Below, piece by piece: positions 27,114 to 37,995 of a DNA stretch of 64,000 nucleotides. The stretch is taken from assembly GCA_965207835.1 (NCBI GenBank), contig CBDBNQ010000002.1:1713224-1777223 (forward strand), read 5' to 3'. How positions within the stretch are numbered: position 1 is the stretch's first letter; every line of letters starts with the position of its first letter. Below the pieces are notes generated by a model. It made no database searches. It saw nothing but the letters and a program-made list of their open reading frames with translations, and was not told the DNA's origin. Source of the DNA: Nitrospirales bacterium (GTDB lineage Bacteria > Nitrospirota > Nitrospiria > Nitrospirales > UBA8639). Position numbers and translations under genes: made by a program.

Positions 27114-28954
27114 TCAGTCGACCTTCGCCAGTTGGTCTTTGAGTTCCGCGAGTTGAGTGGAAAGGGTTGACCACCGGCTGGTCAGGACGTCCAGTTCCTC
27201 TTTCCAGCTTTCGTGTTCCTGGTGCAACTCGTTCCACCGGGGAAAATCCTGGTAGAGTTCCGGTGTCGTCAGTTCCTCCGTCCGGGCTTTGATCCGGTCT
27301 TCCAGGGCCGTAATTTCCTCTTCCGACCGGGCTACCTGTTTTTCCAACCGGTTGATCGTCTTGGTCATGTCACGGCGAGTGGGTTTCTCCGGCGGCGGGC
27401 TTGCCTGTGCCGTGGGCAAGGCTTGCCGGGCTTTTGGGGTTTTTTGTCCGGGGAGCGTCCGGGCTTCTTCCTGTGCTTTCAAGGTCTCGAGTTCTTGTGA
27501 ACGTTTCCACAAATAATATTCATAATCTCCCAGGTAATCCTTGACGCGGCCGTCTTCGATTTCCACGACACGGGTCGCGACGCGACTCAGAAATACCGGA
27601 TCATGAGAGATGAACACGATCGTCCCTTGAAAATCGATGAGCGCATCGGTGAGCACGTCGACGGAGGTAGGATCCAGGTGATTGGTGGGTTCGTCCAACA
27701 AGAGCGTGTTTGCCGGTTCCACAAGCATGCGAGCCAGCGCCACCCGGTTGCGTTCCCCGCCGCTCAGGGCCTTGATCGGTTTTTTCTGATCCTGTCCGGA
27801 AAACAGAAGATCCCGGCCGTCTTTCGCAAATAATTCGTCTCGGCCTGGGGCGCGGCTTCGGTCAAGGATTCCAGAATCGAATGCTCGGGGTTCAGGATCT
27901 CCGCTTGGTGTTGGGCGAAATAGTGCAGTGTCACTCCATGGCCTTCCTGCCGGGTGCCGGCTTCGAACGGTAACACGCCGGCGAGCATTTTCAATAAGGT
28001 GCTTTTCCCCGCACCGTTTTCTCCGACCAACGCGACGCGTTGTGCGCAGTCGATGGAAAAGTGCAGCCCCTCATAGACGACGTTGTCGCCGTATTGTTTG
28101 CAGACGTCGTTCAGTTCCAACACGCGGATCCCGCTCTTCGCGGGTTGTGGAAACTTGAATCGGAGCCGTTTGGGATCCCGTTGAGTTTCGAGGAGTTTGA
28201 TCTTTTCCAACTGCTTGAGGCGGGATTGCACCTGTTTGGCTTTGGTTGCCTTATACCGGAAGCGATCCACAAACTTTTGAACGCGCGCGACCTCCTTGGC
28301 CTGACGTTGGGCGGCTGCGGTTTGTTGTGTATCGAGCTGAGCCCGTTGTGACTGAAAGGTCTGGTAGTTGCCCCGATATTCCAGGATCTGACGATGACGG
28401 ATTTCCCAGATGTGCGTGGTCAACCGGTCGAGAAATTTTGTGTCGTGGCTGATGACGAGCATGGTCATTTTCGAGGCGAGCAGGAAGGATTCGAACCAGG
28501 CTTGCGTGGGTTTGTCCAGGTGGTTCGTCGGCTCGTCCAGCAGCAGCACGTCGGGGTTGGTCAGCAGCAGATGCCCAAGAGCCACCCGCATACGATAGCC
28601 GCCGGAATACGTTTGCAGGGATCGCTGCCAGTCTGTCTCTCCAAACCCCAGACCCGATAAAATTCGTTTGGCTTCATGTTCCGGATACTGCTCCCGGTGA
28701 GCCGCTTGGAGCACGGTCAGGTCCGTGGGAGTGTCGAGTTCTTGGGGGAGATATCCAATACGGAGCCAGGGCCGTTTGCGAATGGTCCCGTCGTCAGGCG
28801 AATCCTCGTCGATGATCATCCGGAGCAAGGTCGTTTTCCCCGTGCCGTTTCGACCGACGAGGCCAACCCGGGTTTCTGGACGGAGATGGGCCGACGCCTC
28901 GGAGAAAAGCGTTTTCGTCGGGTACTGTTTAGTCAAAGATTCAATGTGGATCAT
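27114..28954 (-). pseudogene. ABC-F family ATPase split by a single-base frameshift
   Basis: ORFs 27764..28954 and 27114..27743 together give two ABC cassettes plus a C-terminal coiled coil. The reading frame changes at the A4 run 27800-27803. One added base restores ...AGIFCFSGQDQKKPIKALSGGERNRVALARML... Confidence 0.8.
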
Positions 28955-29047
28955 CGTTCAATCCGGCAATCCAAACATCAGCTTGGGCTTCAAAACCGGG
29001 AGAAAAAATACGGAAAAGGGAGGCGGGATCCGACCACTACGAGTAGT

Positions 29048-29123
29048 TGGTGGAGCTGGCCGGGATTGAACCGGCGACCTCGTGAATGCCATTCACGCGC
29101 GCTCCCAACTGCGCCACAGCCCC
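29048..29123 (-). tRNA. tRNA-Ala (anticodon GGC)
   Basis: 76-nt cloverleaf folded by hand, with the G3:U70 Ala identity pair, anticodon loop ATGGCAT and an encoded CCA. Confidence 0.9.
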
Positions 29124-29290
29124 ACTCGAATGTATTTTCGGAAGAATCAGGCAGCACCCGAACAGCGGTGAATCTAACATGCAGGGTAGGATCGGTCAAG
29201 GTTGTGGGTGGGGTCGATCTCTCATTCTGTACCAACCATGTATAAAAATAAGGTGGCAACCGCATGGCACACTTTGATATGAAGAAAGGC

Positions 29291-30703
29291 ATGACTGACG
29301 TGAGAGTTCGTTTTGCGCCGAGTCCTACGGGGTATCTCCACATCGGAGGCCTGCGTACGGCCTTGTTCAACTGGTTGTTCGTACGACGGCATGGCGGCAC
29401 ATTCATTTTGCGGATTGAGGACACGGATCGCGACCGATCAACCGACGCCGCCATCAAGGCGATTCTGGATGGACTGCGCTGGGCCGGACTGGATTGGGAT
29501 GAGGGCCCGCATCGTCAAAGTGACCGGTTGGATCTCTACCGGCAAAAAGCCATGGAATTGCTCGACCGGGGTCAAGCCTATTGGTGCCTCTGTACGCCGG
29601 AAGAACTCGAAGCGCGGCGGAAGGAAGCTCAGGCCAAAGGGGAATCCCTCAAGTACGACGGCCGGTGCCGTGAGCGCGGCCTGACTGCTCCTGCGGAACC
29701 GGCGGCGCTCAGGTTTCGATCTCCGCAAGAAGGGCAAACCGTTGTCGAGGACCTGATCAAAGGCTCCATCGTGTTCGACAACACCGTACTGGACGACCTC
29801 ATCATTCTTCGGTCGAACGGCTATCCCACGTACAATTTGTCCGTGGTGATCGATGACGCCCTCATGGGAATCACGCACGTGATTCGCGGTGATGATCACG
29901 TCAACAACACCCCGCGCCAAGTGCCCCTGTTCGAAGCGTTGGAGTATCCAGTGCCCAAGTTTGCCCACGTACCGATGATTTTGGGTGAGGATAAATCCCG
30001 GCTGTCCAAACGACATGGCGCCACTTCGGTCCTGGCTTACGAGGAAATGGGATATTTGCCGCAGGCGCTGGTGAATTACCTGGTCAGGCTGGGATGGTCA
30101 CACGGAGACCAGGAAATTTTTTCAATTCGGGAGATGATCGAAAAATTTTCATTTGACCACGTGCAACCATCCGCCGCGGTGTTCAACCTGGAAAAATTGC
30201 AGTGGCTCAACGCGGAATACATCAAACAAGGTGAGTCCCGGCACCTCGCGAAATTGTTAGGTCCCTTTTTGGAAAAGCAGGGATATGACCTGAACGAAGT
30301 CGTTCAGCCATGCGGCGGTATTGAAGCGGTGGTCGCGCACCTGCGCGAGCGCGCCAAAACGTTGGTCGAAATGGCGGACTGGACTATGCCGTATATTGTG
30401 GACCCCGTGGCGATGGACGAAGCCGCGGCCGGCAAGTTTCTCACCCCCGCAATTGCGCCCAGTCTGTACAAGTTTGCCGAACGGGCTAAGACAGTCGAGC
30501 CCTTTTCCAAAGAAACGCTCGAACCCGTGGTGCACGCCATCCTCGAAGAAGAACAGTTGAAGATGGGAAAATTGGCTCAACCGTTACGCGTTGCCCTCAC
30601 TGGAAGAACCTTTAGCCCGGGAATTTATGAAGTTATGGAATTACTGGGTAAGGATCGCACCCTCATACGCATTGAACGGGCGCTTCATCGAATTGGTTCG
30701 TAG
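29291..30703 (+). CDS. gltX: Glutamate--tRNA ligase
   Basis: RFAPSPTGYLHIGG (HIGH) and LSKRHG (KMSKS-type) motifs. Start chosen by analogy to known GltX N-termini. Confidence 0.92.
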   Translation: MTDVRVRFAPSPTGYLHIGGLRTALFNWLFVRRHGGTFILRIEDTDRDRSTDAAIKAILDGLRWAGLDWDEGPHRQSDRLDLYRQKAMELLDRGQAYWCLCTPEELEARRKEAQAKGESLKYDGRCRERGLTAPAEPAALRFRSPQEGQTVVEDLIKGSIVFDNTVLDDLIILRSNGYPTYNLSVVIDDALMGITHVIRGDDHVNNTPRQVPLFEALEYPVPKFAHVPMILGEDKSRLSKRHGATSVLAYEEMGYLPQALVNYLVRLGWSHGDQEIFSIREMIEKFSFDHVQPSAAVFNLEKLQWLNAEYIKQGESRHLAKLLGPFLEKQGYDLNEVVQPCGGIEAVVAHLRERAKTLVEMADWTMPYIVDPVAMDEAAAGKFLTPAIAPSLYKFAERAKTVEPFSKETLEPVVHAILEEEQLKMGKLAQPLRVALTGRTFSPGIYEVMELLGKDRTLIRIERALHRIGS

Positions 30704-30722
30704 TGTCTGAAAATTCTGCGTC

Positions 30723-31382
30723 TCAGACCAAGGCGTCTGTCAGTTCCTCGCTACGATGCGCTGGGGCGAAGTCAAGAGCCGGCTTATCGCCAGGAGGCAA
30801 AAGGAGTTCCACTTGTTTTGCGATTGACTCAAGCAAGGATTTCTCGGGACGGCTGCGGGAGAGCACAAGCAATCCCATGTACAAACCCAGGATGGCGCTT
30901 GCGGCCTGGGCCGGCATCACCGACTTGGCGATTTCTCCGATGGCGAGACCCTGTTCGATCCTTTTTCTGAAAAATTGTCGCTCCATGTGGGTGAAGGCCC
31001 GGCTGACGAACTTGGCCACCTCCTTGTCATGTGCTGATAATTCCACGGCCACATTGACCAGAAAACACCCATTGCGTGACCGGTGTTTCTCCACCGCCTT
31101 GATTGCGTCCTGGAATAACCCGAGGATGGCCTGGCGTGGCGACGGCATTTTCAACCGCTTTGCAACCTCGGCTCGGCGGTAGACACGGTCGTATCGGCGC
31201 AACGTATCGAGGAAGAGGGTGCGCTTATCGCTGAACGCGTTATACAGACTGGCGCGTTGGATCTGCATGTGGTCGAGGAGGTCGTTTAAGGACGTGGCTT
31301 CATAGCCACGTTTCCAGAAGGCCCTCATAGCTTTGTCCAAGACTTCATCGACGTCGAATTCTTTTTTTCTAGGCATCACCAA
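30723..31382 (-). CDS. TetR/AcrR-family transcriptional regulator
   Basis: 219 aa with an N-terminal TetR HTH (FWKRGYEATSLNDLLDHMQIQRASLYNAF). Confidence 0.85.
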   Translation of the reverse strand: MVMPRKKEFDVDEVLDKAMRAFWKRGYEATSLNDLLDHMQIQRASLYNAFSDKRTLFLDTLRRYDRVYRRAEVAKRLKMPSPRQAILGLFQDAIKAVEKHRSRNGCFLVNVAVELSAHDKEVAKFVSRAFTHMERQFFRKRIEQGLAIGEIAKSVMPAQAASAILGLYMGLLVLSRSRPEKSLLESIAKQVELLLPPGDKPALDFAPAHRSEELTDALV

Positions 31383-31452
31383 CCCGCTGAATAATAAAAA
31401 TGATATTCTTAGGTCGTAAGGCTATACATAAATGGGGATAATTTCAAGCATT

Positions 31453-31470
31453 TCGGAATGTTCATTCTGA
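31453..31470. promoter_or_regulatory. Candidate TetR operator palindrome
   Basis: TCGGAATGTTCATTCTGA, with a GAATG-N2-CATTC core, ~75 bp upstream of the tetR-family start. Confidence 0.25.
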
Positions 31471-31659
31471 TACGAACGGTCTAAAAAGGCGAAGACTCGA
31501 CGGGTTGAGGGGGGATCTCCTTGCCGGCATCCGTGATCCATAAAGGCACCTTTCCCAATTCCATGGGGAAATCGTTAAGCAAAGTCAGGACAGGTCACGT
31601 CACAATCGAGGTCATTTCTTGACTCAAAGAAAAGTCTCCGTTTAAGCTTTTCCCTGGAC

Positions 31660-31733
31660 TGGGGGATCGTCTAAGGGTAGGACATCAGATTCTGGATCTG
31701 AGCGTGAGGGTTCGAATCCTTCTCCCCCAGCCA
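31660..31733 (+). tRNA. tRNA-Gln (anticodon CTG)
   Basis: 74-nt cloverleaf folded by hand, with anticodon loop TTCTGGA and an encoded CCA. Confidence 0.9.
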
Positions 31734-31947
31734 ACCTCCGTAGCCGTCAACGTTCAGTGTATGGTCGGATAACGAATAGAAGGCAGGGGTGTGACGTATA
31801 TCCAGTACTGGCCAATTCGCGCTCAGCTTCGGGCTGAAATACGCTTTTTGATCCTGACGCCGGGCCACGCCGGTCACCGTATCAGACAGGCCGGACACGG
31901 GGTCTTGGCACCTCCTGATCAAAAACGCAAGAAAAAGACGTTTGCGC

Positions 31948-33627
31948 ATGTCCAATCCTCAGCAGGCTTCCACAGACTTCATTCGCGCGATTGTGGCGCA
32001 GGACCGGGAGAGCGGGAAATTCGACGGCGTTGTGCATACACGTTTCCCGCCGGAACCCAATGGCTATCTTCACATCGGCCACGCCAAATCCATTTGTTTG
32101 AATTTCGGCATTGCGCAGGAAGTTGCCGGGGGGCTGTGTAATTTACGGTTCGACGACACCAACCCCGCCAAGGAAGACGTGGAATACGTGGAATCCATTC
32201 AGGAAGACGTGCGCTGGCTGGGGTTCGACTGGCAGGACCGGCGTTTCTTCGCCTCGGATTATTTCGAGAAGTTATATGAGTATGCGGTGTGGTTGATCAG
32301 GAAAGATAAGGCCTACGTGGATAGTCTGACCGCGGACGAGATTCGATCCTACCGGGGGACCCTGACGGAGCCGGGCAAGGAGAGCCCATATCGAACGCGA
32401 TCGGTGGAGGAGAATCTTGACCTGTTCTCGCGGATGTGTGCCGGCGATTGCGAAGAAGGGGCGCACGTGCTCCGTGCCAAAATCGACATGGCCTCGCCCA
32501 ACATCAATATGCGCGACCCCACGCTTTACCGGGTCCGGCGGGTTTCGCATCACCGGACGGGCACTGCGTGGAACATCTATCCCACGTATGATTTTGCGCA
32601 TCCGCTATCTGACTCCATCGAAGGCATTACGCATTCCCTCTGCACCCTGGAGTTTGAGGACCATCGGCCCTTGTACGATTGGGTGCTGGACGAATGTGAA
32701 GTGATCTGCCATTCCCAGCAGATTGAATTCGCGCGCTTGAATCTGACGCACACGGTGATGAGCAAGCGGAAGCTGTTGGAACTCATCGAAGAGTCGCACG
32801 TGTCCGGATGGGATGACCCGCGTCTCCCCACGCTGATGGGCTTGCGCCGTCGCGGCTATCCCCCGGAGGCGATCCGGCGGTTTTGCGAGCACGTCGGGGT
32901 GGCGAAACGCGACAGTGTGGTGGAGGTGAGCCTGTTGGAGCATTGTGTCAGGGAGAACCTGAATGCGAGTGCGCAACGAATCATGGCCGTGCTCCGGCCT
33001 CTGCGTGTCGTCATTACCAATTACCCGGAAGGTCAAGTGGAAGACATGCAGGCGGTCAATAATCCCGAGGATCCCGAGATGGGGAGCCGGGCGGTCCCGT
33101 TTTCCCGCGTTCTTTATATCGAGCGTGAAGATTTTCGTGAAGATCCGCCGAAAAAATATTTTCGGCTCTCGCCCGGCCAGGAGGTGCGGTTGCGCTATGC
33201 CTACATCATTCGATGCGAGGACGTGATCAAGGATGAGCAGGGAGAGGTCGTTGAAGTCCGTTGCACGTATGATCCGGAAACGAAGAGCGGATCAGGACAG
33301 CCTGGTCGAAAGGTGAAGGGCACCATTCACTGGGTGTCCGAGCCACATGCGCTCGAAGCCGAAGTGCGGTTATTCGATCATCTGTTTTCCGATCCCAATC
33401 CCGAAAAGGACGGCCGGGACTACCGGACCGTGCTCAATCCGAACTCGGTGGAACGGTTGCAGAGCTGCCGGGTCGAACCGGCGTTGCAGGGAGCGGTTGC
33501 CGGCCAACGGTTTCAGTTCGAACGGCAAGGCTATTTCTGCGTGGATTCCGATTCGACCGGCCAACGGCTCGTCTTCAACCGCACCGTCGCCCTCCGCGAT
33601 TCCTGGTCGAAACTCGAAAAGCAATAA
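31948..33627 (+). CDS. glnS: Glutamine--tRNA ligase
   Basis: [17 protein letters not shown] (HIGH) and VMSKR (KMSKS) motifs, plus a GlnRS-type C-terminal beta-barrel region. Confidence 0.92.
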   Translation: MSNPQQASTDFIRAIVAQDRESGKFDGVVHTRFPPEPNGYLHIGHAKSICLNFGIAQEVAGGLCNLRFDDTNPAKEDVEYVESIQEDVRWLGFDWQDRRFFASDYFEKLYEYAVWLIRKDKAYVDSLTADEIRSYRGTLTEPGKESPYRTRSVEENLDLFSRMCAGDCEEGAHVLRAKIDMASPNINMRDPTLYRVRRVSHHRTGTAWNIYPTYDFAHPLSDSIEGITHSLCTLEFEDHRPLYDWVLDECEVICHSQQIEFARLNLTHTVMSKRKLLELIEESHVSGWDDPRLPTLMGLRRRGYPPEAIRRFCEHVGVAKRDSVVEVSLLEHCVRENLNASAQRIMAVLRPLRVVITNYPEGQVEDMQAVNNPEDPEMGSRAVPFSRVLYIEREDFREDPPKKYFRLSPGQEVRLRYAYIIRCEDVIKDEQGEVVEVRCTYDPETKSGSGQPGRKVKGTIHWVSEPHALEAEVRLFDHLFSDPNPEKDGRDYRTVLNPNSVERLQSCRVEPALQGAVAGQRFQFERQGYFCVDSDSTGQRLVFNRTVALRDSWSKLEKQ

Positions 33628-33814
33628 AAATTTTTCTGTCATCCTTGCGCACGCGAGGAACCAGGGTCTTTATCCTTACGAACGGCGCAAGAAAGAAAGA
33701 CCCTGGATCCCCGATCAAGTCGGGGATGACAGCAGGGGAATAACCGTAAGTCGGGTTGGCCCTTCGACTACGCTCAGGACAGGCGTAGCGTAACCCGACA
33801 GCGTGCCTTCTATT
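33521..33814. repeat. Direct repeat copy 1 (last 107 bp of glnS plus downstream REP-rich spacer)
   Basis: 294 bp, ~284/294 identical to 36745-37038 by my count. Confidence 0.9.
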
Positions 33815-33869
33815 GCATCGGCATCGATATCTTGACCGTTCCTCCAACGAAGGAATAGATAAGTGAGTC

Positions 33870-34831
33870 ATGGCTGTCAACAGAGATAAACCTGACCGGT
33901 GGAGACAGGATATTGCGCAGTCGGTGGATATGTACAACGACTGGTTCGTACGGTTTGCGCCGGCGGCTTATCGCACGACGAGGGTGCAGACAACAAAGGA
34001 GGTCGAGGCGACACTGAAAGCGACGAACAATTTGTCAGATATCAGCGTGGCGTTGCTAAAAGCAAAGCCCTCTGCCCTACCGACATTGCGGATGTCTACC
34101 TGCCCACCTTTGGCCGTGGATCGTTTGATCGGTCTGGCAGGTATTTCGAAGAATCTTGTTAAGGTAATGGAAAAGGAAGCGAAACTCCCGCCACTGATGC
34201 CACAACGGGAGCTGGACAGTGATCTCGAGAAAATCGGGGAGACTATCGAGAAGATGGCCGACCCGGACATCTTCGTCTGGCTGGAACGTGGCGACAATCC
34301 GTCTAAACAGGAATTACACCGAGCGGCGACGATCGTTGCGGACCGTCTGTGTGGTGCGGTTGCAAATCCGATTATTCGGAATGCGCAGGAAAAGCGCCAA
34401 CTTGGCGCAGTTGCGGAGTGGCTGACGGCGTTGGGCTATCAAAATCTGCCTGCAGGTGAAGGCACAAAATATAGCGACATGCAGCCAGGGACATTCTCGT
34501 TCCGGCTGAATGTTCCAATTAAGCAGAAAAAACCCGCAGATCGGTCAACATTCCTGTGGACGCTGTCATCATGCCGAAGAGCGCAAAAACAGGTGAGTTG
34601 CCGTTACTCGTCGAAGCGAAATCAGCGGGTGATTTCACGAATGTTAACAAACGGCGCAAGGAAGAGGCCGCAAAGATGAACCAGTTGCGACGGACTTATG
34701 GCAAGGACGTACGGTTCATTTTATTCCTATGCGGATATTTCGACAGCGGCTATCTCGGTTATGAAGCTGCGGAAGGCATTGACTGGGTGTGGGAGCACCG
34801 TATAGACGATCTCGGGGAGTTTGGACTTTAG
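33870..34831 (+). pseudogene. Type II restriction endonuclease (XamI-like by recollection), frameshifted
   Basis: ORFs 33870..34679 and 34556..34831 are two frames of one gene. The frame change must lie between 34523 and 34556, and an A6 run sits at 34527-34532. One added base restores ...NIPVDAVIMPK...LPLLVEAKSAGDFTNVNKRRKEE (D...E.K nuclease-like motif). Confidence 0.65.
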
Positions 34832-36425
34832 ATGGCGAAAGATATAACCAGAGCATTGGAAGAGCAACGACTGGCACTGCAGAGAGAACTGGATGCCGGT
34901 AAGGAACAGGCGGAACGGAACCGTATGGGCCAGTTTGCGACGCCTACTGAGCTGGCCGTTGACATACTTCGGTACGTAAAGGCACATCTCGTAGGGAAAA
35001 GCAGGAAGGTGCGCTTTATCGATCCGGCTCTTGGAACCGGCTCGTTCTATTCAGCCTTGCTTGAGGTGTTTCCAAAGCGACACATTGCTGTCGCCGTTGG
35101 CTATGAAGTAGATCCGTATTATGGCGCGCCGGCGGCAAAACTGTGGGACGGGACCGGGCTGGATACTCGACTGGCGGATTTCACCCAGGCCGGTCCGCCG
35201 CCGGAAGCTGCAAAGTTCAATCTGCTGATCTGTAATCCGCCCTATGTGCGGCACCATCATATCATCAACGAGGAAAAACAACGGTTAAAAAGCAAGACAC
35301 GCGACGCCTCTGGCGTAACTATCAGTGGCTTGGCCGGCTTGTATTGCTACTTCCTGGGGTTATGTCATGCATGGATGGCAGATGGCGGCTTGGCTGATAC
35401 CGAGCGAATTCATGGACGTCAACTATGGCACTTCGGTGAAGGGCTATCTGCTTAATAAAGTGACGCTACAGCACATTCACCGCTTCGACCCGAAAGAAGT
35501 GCAATTCGGCGATGCGCTAGTATCGTCGGTAGTTGTCTGCTTCCGCAAGAAAGTCCCACCGCAGGGACACGCGGTGCGGTTTACCTATGGCGGCTCATTG
35601 GAACAGCCGAAACTTGAACTTCTGGTGCCGGTTGATACATTGCGTAACGATCCGAAGTGGACGCGGTACCCAATGAAGCAGAGATTTGAAGCAGCGAATG
35701 GACCGGTTCTGGGCGATTTCTTCAAGATAAAGCGTGGTCTGGCGACGGGGAATAACAATTACTTCATTTTGTCGGCTGACGACATCAAACGCCGTGAACT
35801 GCCGATGGAGGCGTTTCGGCCGATATTGCCCAGTCCACGCTACCTGTCAGAAGATGAGGTTCCGGCGGACAGTACAGGTAACCCCGTGCTGAAACGACGG
35901 GTATTCCTGCTGGATTGCCGGTTGGAGGAACCGGAGGTCGAGAGGCGGTATCCGAAGTTGTGGGCCTATCTGGAAGAAGGAAAGGCTCAAGGCATCGCCG
36001 CACGTTATCTCTGCCGGCACAGAACGCCATGGTACATACAGGAGAATCGCCCACCATCGCCGTTCCTGTGCACCTATCTTGGCCGAAGTGACACGAAGAA
36101 CGGTCGTCCGTTTCGCTTCATTCTCAATCATTCGCAGGCAACGGCCGCGAATGTGTATTTGATGCTCTATCCGAGGGGGTCGGTCGAACGCGCCTTGAAG
36201 GATAACCCAACGCTCAAAAGGCAGATCTGGGAATTTTTGAACGAGATTTGCCCGAAGGTGATGCTCGGTGAGGGTCGGGTCTACGGCGGTGGACTCCACA
36301 AGCTGGAGCCGAAGGAACTTGACAACGTCCCTGCTGTGAGGATCGCAGAACTGCTGCCAGAGCCAGCGCGGCCTCGTGAACAGAAGCAGGTCGATCTGTT
36401 CGAGCCAGTCTTCGGGAGCTTTTGA
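34832..36425 (+). pseudogene. Gamma-class N6-adenine DNA methyltransferase (Eco57I/TaqI-like), frameshifted
   Basis: Motif I DPALGTGSF precedes motif IV NPPYVRHH. ORFs 34832..35455 and 35325..36425 join if one T of the TT at 35390-35391 is removed, giving ...HAWMADGGWLIPSEFMDVNYG... Confidence 0.75.
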
Positions 36426-36578
36426 AGAATCGCTTTAGTAATATTCACCGGTGTGTCTGGAAGAATGATGACAGACCGAAAGGAAAAAATCAGAGGGTTC
36501 AGGGCACGACGCGTTGCGGGACAGGACACCCCTGGTGGTCGCCTTCATTCTCGCTTTTGCTTGAAAGGAGGAATCGCT

Positions 36579-36719
36579 ATGGGAAAAACAATGCTGAAGT
36601 ATACCGGTCACACGACCGCCCTGGTTGCCATTAGTTGGTTCTTGTTACTTGTTGGACAGCTTACTGAGTTGCAACTTGTCTCTATCCCGATATTGGCGAT
36701 TGCCAGGGTCCTGCCCTGA
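36579..36719 (+). CDS. Small hydrophobic ORF at the island edge
   Basis: 46 aa, preceded by AAAGGAGG 6 nt upstream of the ATG. One predicted membrane helix. No homology recognised. Confidence 0.3.
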   Translation: MGKTMLKYTGHTTALVAISWFLLLVGQLTELQLVSIPILAIARVLP

Positions 36720-36744
36720 GCCCTCTGAGAAAACAGCGATAGTC

Positions 36745-37038
36745 AACGGCAAGGCTATTTTTGCGTCGATCCCGATTCGACCGGCCAACGGCTCGTATTC
36801 AATCGCACCGTCGCCCTCCGCGATTCCTGGTCGAAACTCGAAAAGCAATAAAAATTTTTCTGTCATCCTTGCGCACGCGAGGACCCAGGGTCTTTATCCT
36901 TACGAACGGCACAAGAAAGAAAGACCCTGGATCCCCGATCAAGTCGGGGATGACAGCAGGGGAATAACCGTAGGTCGGGTTGGCCTTTCGACTACGCTCA
37001 GGACAGGCGTAGCGTAACCCGACAGCGCGCCTTCTATT
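36745..37038. repeat. Direct repeat copy 2 (non-coding duplicate of the glnS 3-prime end plus spacer)
   Basis: See copy 1. Ends at the metF stop codon. Confidence 0.9.
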
Positions 37039-37921
37039 CCATAAGCATGTCGACGCGCTGGAGCCCCAGCGTTTCGTAAATCTGTAACGAGGCCCTGGAT
37101 TTGTTCAGGGTGTAGAGATGCACCCCAAGGACCTTGTTATCCAGCAGGTCCAAGACCTGTTCCGTGGCCCAATGGATGCCGATCTTTTCGGCCTGGGTGT
37201 CATCCTTTGCGCTCGCCAGGGCGCGAAGCAATCTTCCCGGAAAGCGTGCGCCCAAGGCGAGTTCCGCCATCCGCTTCATCCCTTTCAGTGAGGTAATCGG
37301 CATGATGCCCGCGATGATGGGGACGTGGATCCCGGCCAGTTGGCACCGTTCGCAGAAATCGTAGAAGTCGCGATTGTCGAAAAACAGTTGCGTGCAGATG
37401 TAGTCGGCGCCGGCGTCGACTTTGGCCTTGAGATACTCGATTTCCTGGAGCCGGTTGGGTGTGTCGGGATGGCCTTCGGGGAATCCCGCTACGCCGATCC
37501 CCATATGAGGAAAATGTTTTTTGATAAAAGCGACCAGTTCCACGGCGTGGCGGAAGTCCTGCTCGGACGGATCGCACGGCTCCTGGCTGGGCGGGTCGCC
37601 GTGCAGGGCCATGATGTTACGGATGCTGTGTTCGTCATACCGTTGGAGAATCCGGAAAATTTCATCCCGGCTCGACTTCACACACGTCAGGTGCGACACG
37701 ATCGTCAGATTTGTCTCATTGTGCAACTTGACGACCAGGTCATGAGTCAGGTCGCGCGTTGATCCACCTGCGCCATAGGTGACGCTGACGTAGGCGGGTT
37801 TCAGAGGAATCAATTTCTGAATAGTATGAAACAACGACTCCGACGCAGCCTCACTCTTTGGAGGAAAAAACTCAAAACTGATTGCAGGCTGGCTTTGCCG
37901 AAACACTTCTGCTATATGCAT
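37034..37921 (-). CDS. metF: Methylenetetrahydrofolate reductase
   Basis: 295 aa with FEFFPPK and VTYGAGGS motifs. Confidence 0.9.
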   Translation of the reverse strand: MHIAEVFRQSQPAISFEFFPPKSEAASESLFHTIQKLIPLKPAYVSVTYGAGGSTRDLTHDLVVKLHNETNLTIVSHLTCVKSSRDEIFRILQRYDEHSIRNIMALHGDPPSQEPCDPSEQDFRHAVELVAFIKKHFPHMGIGVAGFPEGHPDTPNRLQEIEYLKAKVDAGADYICTQLFFDNRDFYDFCERCQLAGIHVPIIAGIMPITSLKGMKRMAELALGARFPGRLLRALASAKDDTQAEKIGIHWATEQVLDLLDNKVLGVHLYTLNKSRASLQIYETLGLQRVDMLME

Positions 37922-37995
37922 GCAAAATCCTTTTTGTGAAATGATGCGTGCATCGTTCGCCTAACAGTACTAGACCGGGGGAAATGAGGCAATAG

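Noticed and set aside
27743-27830. Programmed ribosomal frameshifting in the ABC-F gene.
   Set aside because: There is no slippery heptamer or downstream structure evident, and ABC-F genes are not known to require frameshifting. Treated as a mutation or an assembly indel.
33575-33937. Short ORFs across the direct repeats and REP clusters: 33347..33793, 33575..33937, 36625..37017, 16945..17151 and 41885..42145.
   Set aside because: These are translations of dispersed repeat modules, and the same peptide strings recur wherever the repeat occurs. Not credible genes.
34527-34532. The A6 tract in the restriction gene as a phase-variation switch.
   Set aside because: Six residues is short for slipped-strand phase variation, and the cognate methyltransferase is independently frameshifted at a non-repetitive site. 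Decay or a sequencing error is more parsimonious.
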